Position numbers and translations under genes: made by a program. DNA of 64,000 bases from Psammoneis japonica (taxonomy: Eukaryota): contig QPGO01000121.1 in the NCBI GenBank assembly GCA_008632985.1, positions 1 to 64,000 on the forward strand, in the 5' to 3' direction. Every line of letters starts with the position of its first letter. The first letter of the stretch is position 1. Positions 57,090 to 64,000 of the stretch are shown here, one piece after another. The notes beneath the pieces were generated by a model. It was not told the DNA's origin, did not search any database, and saw nothing but the letters and a program-made list of their open reading frames with translations.

Positions 57090-58521
57090 TTATGCCCATG
57101 TATGTTGTCCAACAGCAATCCCAGTGGCAAGAATTCCGAACACCAAAAATGGCTGTGCTGATGCCTGATACTTGACATCATTTTCAATGGGATCAGGGAG
57201 GAGCAATGTAGCTTGAAAGTAAATTTGTGGCAAGATCAAACCCAATAGGATTGCAGCGTACGTGGCTTCCCCGATAGCGTACAAGTACGCGGCCACACCC
57301 AACTGTGTCAATGTTACCGAGCCAGCACAAATCCACTTTGCCGTATCAACACCGAATGCAACTGGGAGTGACTGCAGACCCATCTCCCGATCGCCTTCGA
57401 TCGACTTAAAATCGTTGACAATTGCAATACCCAATCCCGCAATGGAATACAACACAGGCCTTTCCACATTTTAAACAAAAATGGCAACGAGACAGCACGA
57501 AGTAAGTATACGAAGCCATTCTCGTGACTAAATTACAGTAGGAGTACTTACAAGATCCAATATATGGGCCTGTCCAGAGTACCAAACACCGCTTGACCAC
57601 ACCTTATGAGGAGCGAATAGAAGAAAAATAAGCATTCCAGTTAGTGCCATATCATACAACAACGACGCACAGGCAATACGAAGTTGGTATCAACGAAGCT
57701 TACCACCATGGGAGCGAAATGTAACTGGCACCGAGAGCATAGTTTCCAGCCCATCCATTCTGCTTGAGCTTTAAAGGAGGTGCAGAGTAAATGTACGAAA
57801 TGAAGGACCCAAAGATGCTGAGCAACAAAACAGAAGGCACCTCGTGACCACACCACACATCAAGCCCGTACGCGATTCCAAGTCCGCCAAGGAGCAAGAA
57901 CCAGATTTGGAAAATAACCTCGCCCTCTGAAATAGCTCCCGATGGGATGGGTCGATACGGCTCATTAATTGCGTCGATCTCACGGTCATACCAATCGTTA
58001 ATTGTCTGTGTGTATCCGGTCAAAAAGGGTCCGGCCAAAATCATGGCGACAAATCCTTTTGCGGCGTCCTCCAAACCGAGCATGACATCACGATCGTTGG
58101 GATCAAAAGGATTCCAGATCCAATGGTAGTTACCAGAAGCAGCGGCACCGCACATGACACCCCAAACTAGAGGAATCCACGTTACGGGTTTGGTAAGCTG
58201 GAGTCGAATCTTCCAAATGTCGGTTTCGGTGGATGCACCTTTGACACCCAAGAGCTGTCGCACTCCAGCACTTCCATCGTCACCTGAACATTTGGTCCCT
58301 CTGAATCACGGCTTTGAAACAATAGAGTAGAGGACGATGAAAGCTGGTCTCTGGAATCAAATGGGAAAAACGATCCTACTTGCTTGTCGGATTGCTGCGG
58401 TATCATTCCGAGAGAAGATGAAGAGCTACGTCTCGCAAACGACTTTGTAGAAAATCCATTTGAGGAGAAACCAGAAACTCCCGAATGCACGTGGCGACGG
58501 TTACAGAGAAAAGACCTTCAT
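57090..58521 (-). CDS. chlG: Chlorophyll synthase, multi-exon, 5' part frameshifted
   Basis: WKIRLQLTKPVTWIPLVWG, NDWYDREIDAINEPYRPIPSG, YSAPPLKLKQNGW, YISLPWW, NDFKSIEGD, NDVKYQASAQPF. Confidence 0.95.
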
Positions 58522-58769
58522 GGTTTCAATTTCGAGCAAAGACGCTTTCGAATGTTGCAGCTTGCTGTGTCACACGATGGAGTCGTCGCATTCTTCACTT
58601 TGCTCGGTGATCGCTCGGCTCGTATCTTCGGCGAGGGACCGCCAATTGGAACCGCACATACGTACTTCAACTTGTCGTAGATTTCTACGTGGCGCAAGAT
58701 TGAACACCGTGCGTGGTGAGGCGGACGAACGATCAAACGGACGACCAACGGACGGAATGAAAACTTGAA

Positions 58770-59890
58770 ATCAAAAATCTACTTTGCAAGTGTCTTGTTC
58801 CTCGTCACTGCTACAGCGATGGCAACTCCAACCACCAGGATTGCCCCCAGAACAATCCTGCCTCGCCTCTGTTCACCTTTGGTCGCCCAATTCCCGTGTG
58901 GCCCATCCTTCTCTTTCCAAATGCTGCTGCATTGTAGACAACTCCGGCACTATCTTGCGCAGGTCGTCAATGTCTTTTCTTGCTTCAGCCAATGCTTGCG
59001 GGTTTCTCCCAAACTCTTCAAAGAACAGCCGCATTAGATAGAATTCTTTGGAAAAGAGTCGAATGAGGAAACGGGGTATGGAGTAATATCGAAAGTTTCG
59101 CCGGAGCGCAGGTGCGACATCATTTGTGCTAAATCATCGCCCGAGACGAGATCGCCAATCACCTTGATGGTCTGTTTATTGTACGCAAGTGGATCTTTCA
59201 ACACCACCTCTGTACAAGTCCAATGTCGCGACAGGAAACATAGGGGACCTTGGCATCGGCATCCACAAATCCTCGAATCCACCCGTTGGCTTGCACTGGC
59301 AAGAAAGGAAGGCCCACGTTATCAGCATACTGTACAGGATGCAGTATCGTGTAGTTCATTCCGGACTCTTTGATGTAATTTTCAATTTGTATCTTGGAAT
59401 CGACGTGACAACCCTGATTCTACACCATCGCTGGCGGCCGAGGAAAACACTAAATGCTTCACGTGCAATCTAGACAAGCCTGCACAATGTTCTTACCCTG
59501 CAGAACCTCGGCTTGTACGTCCGCATGAGTATAGTCCTTATTCCAGGGTTGAGTCATACCAAACACATAGTCAGCACCCTGAAAAACTCGCTGAAGGGAT
59601 GCGAGATCGACCAAATCTGCCGCAACGAGTTGAACTTGACAGCCGAGCTTTGCCTGTGCCAGAGGGACGTTGCGAGAAAAGCCAATCACCTCAAACGCAT
59701 CGTTCTTCTTCAGAGCGTCAAAAACCCACCCTCCTTGGCTTCCTGTGATACCACAAACTACTACTTTTTCTGATTTTTGCCCTTGGACACCATTGTTAGC
59801 ACGAACGGTGAAGCTCCTGTGTAGTAGGCCATTAACCGGACCTCATACCGCGACCCTGCCGTTTTTGCGTTTTGCGCAGAAATTGGCATG
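58770..59890 (-). CDS. NmrA-like NAD(P)-binding protein, fragmented by frameshifts
   Basis: KVVVCGITGSQGG Rossmann motif, ADLVDLASLQRVFQGADYVFGMT, EVLQGKNIVQAC, IKVIGDLVSG; ends approximate. Confidence 0.7.
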
Positions 59891-60199
59891 ATGAAGATAC
59901 TGGAGCTCGTACTTCGTACCGCAACAACGCAAAACACAGAACAAGCCAAAACAAGATGGAAGAGCCAAAGCCAACAAAGCAAGGTTGAAGTTGGGACTCC
60001 AGGCTCCAGGCTCCAGCAGGTGTCGTTGTTGTAACCGCTCTACAGTATTCACGAGACAAGCACAACATGTTGTGTGTGGTAAATACATTCTCAGATTCTT
60101 CAAGAAAGAAGTCAGAAGATGTCTTCAAGTTTCTATGTACTGGTATGGGATTATCTATGTTCTATGTTTTAAGGATTGCACTTGCGCCTTGCGCCTTGC

Positions 60200-61684
60200 C
60201 TGCAATTTGCCATTTCTGCTCTAGCCGAACACCTCGCAGTAGTCGCATGTGTCGGGGCACACCATGGCTACATCAACAAACTGGCACAAATACGAATAGC
60301 GCCCCTCGTGTCCTTTAGCCATTCGCAGGTCTGGAAACCTGCCTCACTATCAGCAAAGAACGTATCATCATTGTCGGTGCATGGACCTCCATCTGGTGGA
60401 GTCGGTTGTGGGTTGGGGACGGCGTTGAATCGGGAGTTCCTGGGACTTTAAATACCGTCTCATCCGAATGCTCGAATTGTGCGCCACTTGCGACTATCTG
60501 ATCGCCGAGTTTTACCTCGTAGTAAGCTGGGTAAAACATGCCGTCACCATATGAGTCGGTCATGTTGAACGTGTATTCCCTTCCCTTTTCGAGGCTAATC
60601 GTTGATGATATGAGTCGAAATGCGAGTTGGTAATCCCCTGCGTCAGCACCCGCTATCTCAGTTCCGGTGTCATCCAAAAGATGCCACCCGATCTCATATG
60701 GGTGAAGGTCAGTAAGAATTTCAAGTGTCATCACTGTATCACCTGGTGGCGGTGGTGGTTCGGGGCAGTTATCGGGCTTGTCATCAGAAAGCTTGCAAGT
60801 TTCCGTGAGGATCCAATCTTGAGCAGAGCTTACTTCTGCGTAGACACCGGGGAAATCGGGTAGGGCGCAGTCCGCACCCCAGGAGACCACGCCAACTTGC
60901 TTGTCCACTTTTCCGGAGGATGTCACAAACAGAGGGCCGCCCGAGTCGCCATAGCATGAATCTTTGCCGCCACCTTCAACACCCGCACACAGCATAACGT
61001 CAGGATCGATGCTTCCTTCGTAGTTGCTGTTGCATTCTGAGTCGGAGACTGTCTTGACAATGACTTCCTGGAGCGTGTCTGGTTGGAACCCGTCCGCATC
61101 GACACCTAGACCGATACAGTCAAGTTTTGATCTGTCGCCGGGACGGATGAATCATCATTGAGTTCGATTGGCTCGATGGTATCAATGCCGTTTTTCAGTT
61201 TGAGAAGAAGAAAATCATTGGCATTTGTGTCGTAGTTGTACTCGGGATGAATTGAAAAGGCAGAAACGGATCGAATCTCTGCTCCCTCTGTGCTGCTGCT
61301 GCCAAGGGTGTATGCATTCACCGTGACTACGTCATTGATCCCAAGGACTTCTACGCAGTGAGCAGCAGTAAGCACAATGTCAGAGCGGATTAAACTTCCG
61401 CCGCAAATGCCACCCCAGCTGACAAAGAATGGATAGACACCAGGACTAGGAACATCAGTCCCGCCAATGACCTTCGACGAGGCATCCTGTCCTTCTGGAT
61501 CTTCCTCCCTCTTCCCATGGATGTCAAGAAGTGCCCCTGGCCGGTGTGGTCGGAATTTTGCCCGCGACCAATCCTTGGGAGTCGGCTTGCTGTAGCCACC
61601 AAGTTTAGCTGAAACCGGTGGTGAAATCAGAAGTGCTTGTAGCGACAAGGAGACAGAAAACGTTTCGAGTGTCTTTATTTGCAT
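60200..61684 (-). CDS. Secreted trypsin-like serine protease (S1) with C-terminal extension; frameshifts near 61110, 61040 and 60410
   Basis: Signal peptide, [42 protein letters not shown]; 3' end approximate. Confidence 0.9.
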
Positions 61685-62699
61685 GTATTGGGGACGGTGA
61701 TTTGCTTTGATGCGCCTTTTGAGTTTGCGATTACTATACTGCGGAACAGAGAAAAGCGGAATGTGATGTAAGCATTTGATACAAATGGGGAACGTATGTA
61801 TGGACCCAGACAGCTTAGATCATATCTCTCTTACCGTGAAAAAGTTTGGTTAAAAAGAGAAATTATGAGCAAAGCAAGATCAAAAATGAATACGGGCAAG
61901 ACTAAGCACAGCTCTCCTGATTCGTGGCGGCACTCAAATTTTGAAACTCTCACGACTCGTGAGCGAGGAAAGGTGTCATCGGTCGTGTTCCAGCTTTCTC
62001 TTGTTTGTAACATAAATTATCTTTTACCTCCCCAACCTAAAGCCTCGTGTTCTAATAGCAAAGCTGTTGAGAGAGTTGTAGGTAAATAAGCAGTCGCTAC
62101 ACTCGGTGCCTTGTACCGGAACGACGGTCTACATCAGACCTGGCAACACGGCTGCCTGATTCGTGACTAGCCAGCGTTTCGAAATTCCCGTGACTCATGT
62201 TTGAGGATGTGTCCAGCGTTCGCGCTTTCATTTTGCATCTTGTTGGACTTTTAGGCCGTGCTTTGAAGTTGTGACCGACACCATACGCCGGGTCAATCTT
62301 CTGCGGTAATGAGTTCCTCCCCATTGGGCGCGCAACAACGAAGGCACACCGTGCAACTAGAAAGCGCGACCGACAGCGACAACGGAAGGGCAAACCGCTG
62401 ACGCTCGCACAGATGCAACGTTTCTTACTTGTAGATCCACTGCAGCAGTAGACTTGTAGGAGGGAGACTGCTTCTAGCTAGACTACTACGAGCAGCATCA
62501 AGAATTGAGCTAAGGCGCAAAACGAATGCGATGCCGCAATCATTGAGTCGTGCCGCCATCACCGTGTCGTGTCGCGCCGCGCCCCTGCCACGATCATCAG
62601 CCGCCGACAGTTGTTGTGTTGCCTCTTTCTTGCAAAGAAATGTTTTTTGGGTTCGACTACACCGCACGGGTTTGTGCAGCTTCTAGGGTCGTGGTTCGT

Positions 62700-64000
62700 G
62701 AGTCAAGTTGAAAAAGACTCCAAAAGAGCCAGGGGGTGAGTTGAAAGACTCTCCACACCTCAGCTGGTGCCGCACAAGAAATGGGTGCTGAGAGGGCATG
62801 TTGAAAAGAACACCTCTGCTCCTGAAGTGTGGCTGCACCTCTCTGTCTCTTTTCTTCTTGCTGTTTGTGTTTGCACAGCTCCCATTGACTTTTTTTTTAT
62901 CCTGGAATTGCCTTTGCATTTGAATTGAATTTTTTTGCAGTGCTCATTTTTTAAAATGCAAAAATTGTTCACAGCCACACCACCACTCACACCCGATCGC
63001 GCACCAAAAAACGAGAACATCATGCACCGCGATCAAAGCACGATGATGTGATGGCAATGGTTGATGTTTCTCCAAAATGCAGTGGTCTAACCACAATAAT
63101 TTGATGTGCGTGTGACCTTTTACACACAACAAACACAAAATGCATGGGAGTTGGTGGTTGGACCACCTCCTTCCCACAGACTTGTGGCTTGATGTTTTTC
63201 ACTTTCACCATGGTGAAGCACGGTGAAACTCAGAAAAAATCATGCAAATCACAAGCTGTTTAACCAAATTCAAGCTAAAAAAAACAGCAACCAGCTCCCA
63301 TTGAGCTGTGCAAAAACATGCACCAAAAACTTGGGTTCCAAGTGGGCAAATTTCAGGCTGGCAGAGCAAGTTTAAAAACATGCCTGAGCGGCACTGTGCG
63401 CAACAGAGCACACAGCAGCACCATCCTGGTGTCACACCAACAAGTCAATGTCGCCAAAAGGGAATCCTGTGAGGTCTTCCATGCTGCTTCTTGCAGTTGT
63501 TGTGGCAGTCTGTGGCAGCTGTGGTTTGCCTTGGCATCAATGTAAACTGAACAACTGCTGAAATGACAGGCACCTCTTGATGCTGAGTGACAATCATGCA
63601 AACCAAATGATTCACTCCAAAGAGTGAGAGACACTCGCAGGGAATGTGGTGACACTTGTGATCTCATCAGAGAAGAACACTCCATCCAACCACACATCAG
63701 GACCAACATCCTTCTCATTCAACATGTCTGGGTCACATGATGTGACACCCATGTCTCACATTTTGATCTTCCAACACACACTCCTGCTGCTCCTCGCATT
63801 GATGATCTGACATTCCCTGGCTTCATGATTGCACTGAGGCTTGGCATTGCCCTCTGGCATGCTCATTGCAAATTTGTCAGGTGCGTCAATGCTGTTGTCT
63901 GACAGCTCACACAAAGCGAACATCTGAATTGAGCTGCAATCTTCAAAGTCAAGGGGAGGAGCATGTGTCAAATTTCTTGTTTGCAATCCACCCCACTTGA
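62700..64000 (-). mobile_element. Degenerate TE/repeat, same family as 12.5-14.6 kb; runs off the window
   Basis: TpA/CpG-depleted; 63420-63810 homologous to 13010-13400. Confidence 0.7.

Overview
Eukaryotic nuclear DNA, most likely a diatom (short GT-AG introns, signal-peptide plus 'xxF' plastid-type presequences, CoDi-like Ty1/copia remnant, chlG); the species cannot be named from sequence alone. About 20 protein genes: NMNAT-like, MATE, vacuolar sorting receptor, cyclooxygenase-like haem peroxidase, adenylate kinase, PDK/BCKDK-like kinase, TAF4-like, SAM methyltransferase, PTEN-type formin, TPR protein, DUR3 urea transporter, tandem HisB, DUF4139-like, NucA-type endonuclease with lamin-tail domain, alpha-CA-like, ChlG, NmrA-like, trypsin-like protease. 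They are interleaved with four transposon-derived blocks (~1.25-2.8, ~7.56-10.2, ~12.5-20.9, ~62.7-64 kb) and two N gaps. Main discovery: these blocks have lost not only CpG but also nearly all TpA. Conserved Tyr codons of the copia remnant read as Cys or His, and surviving TpAs are mostly YTAR. This fits a repeat-targeted A-to-G hypermutation at 5'-TAY-3' on both strands, opposite in direction to fungal RIP. Many genes carry single-base frameshifts that are probably consensus errors. All counts were made by eye.
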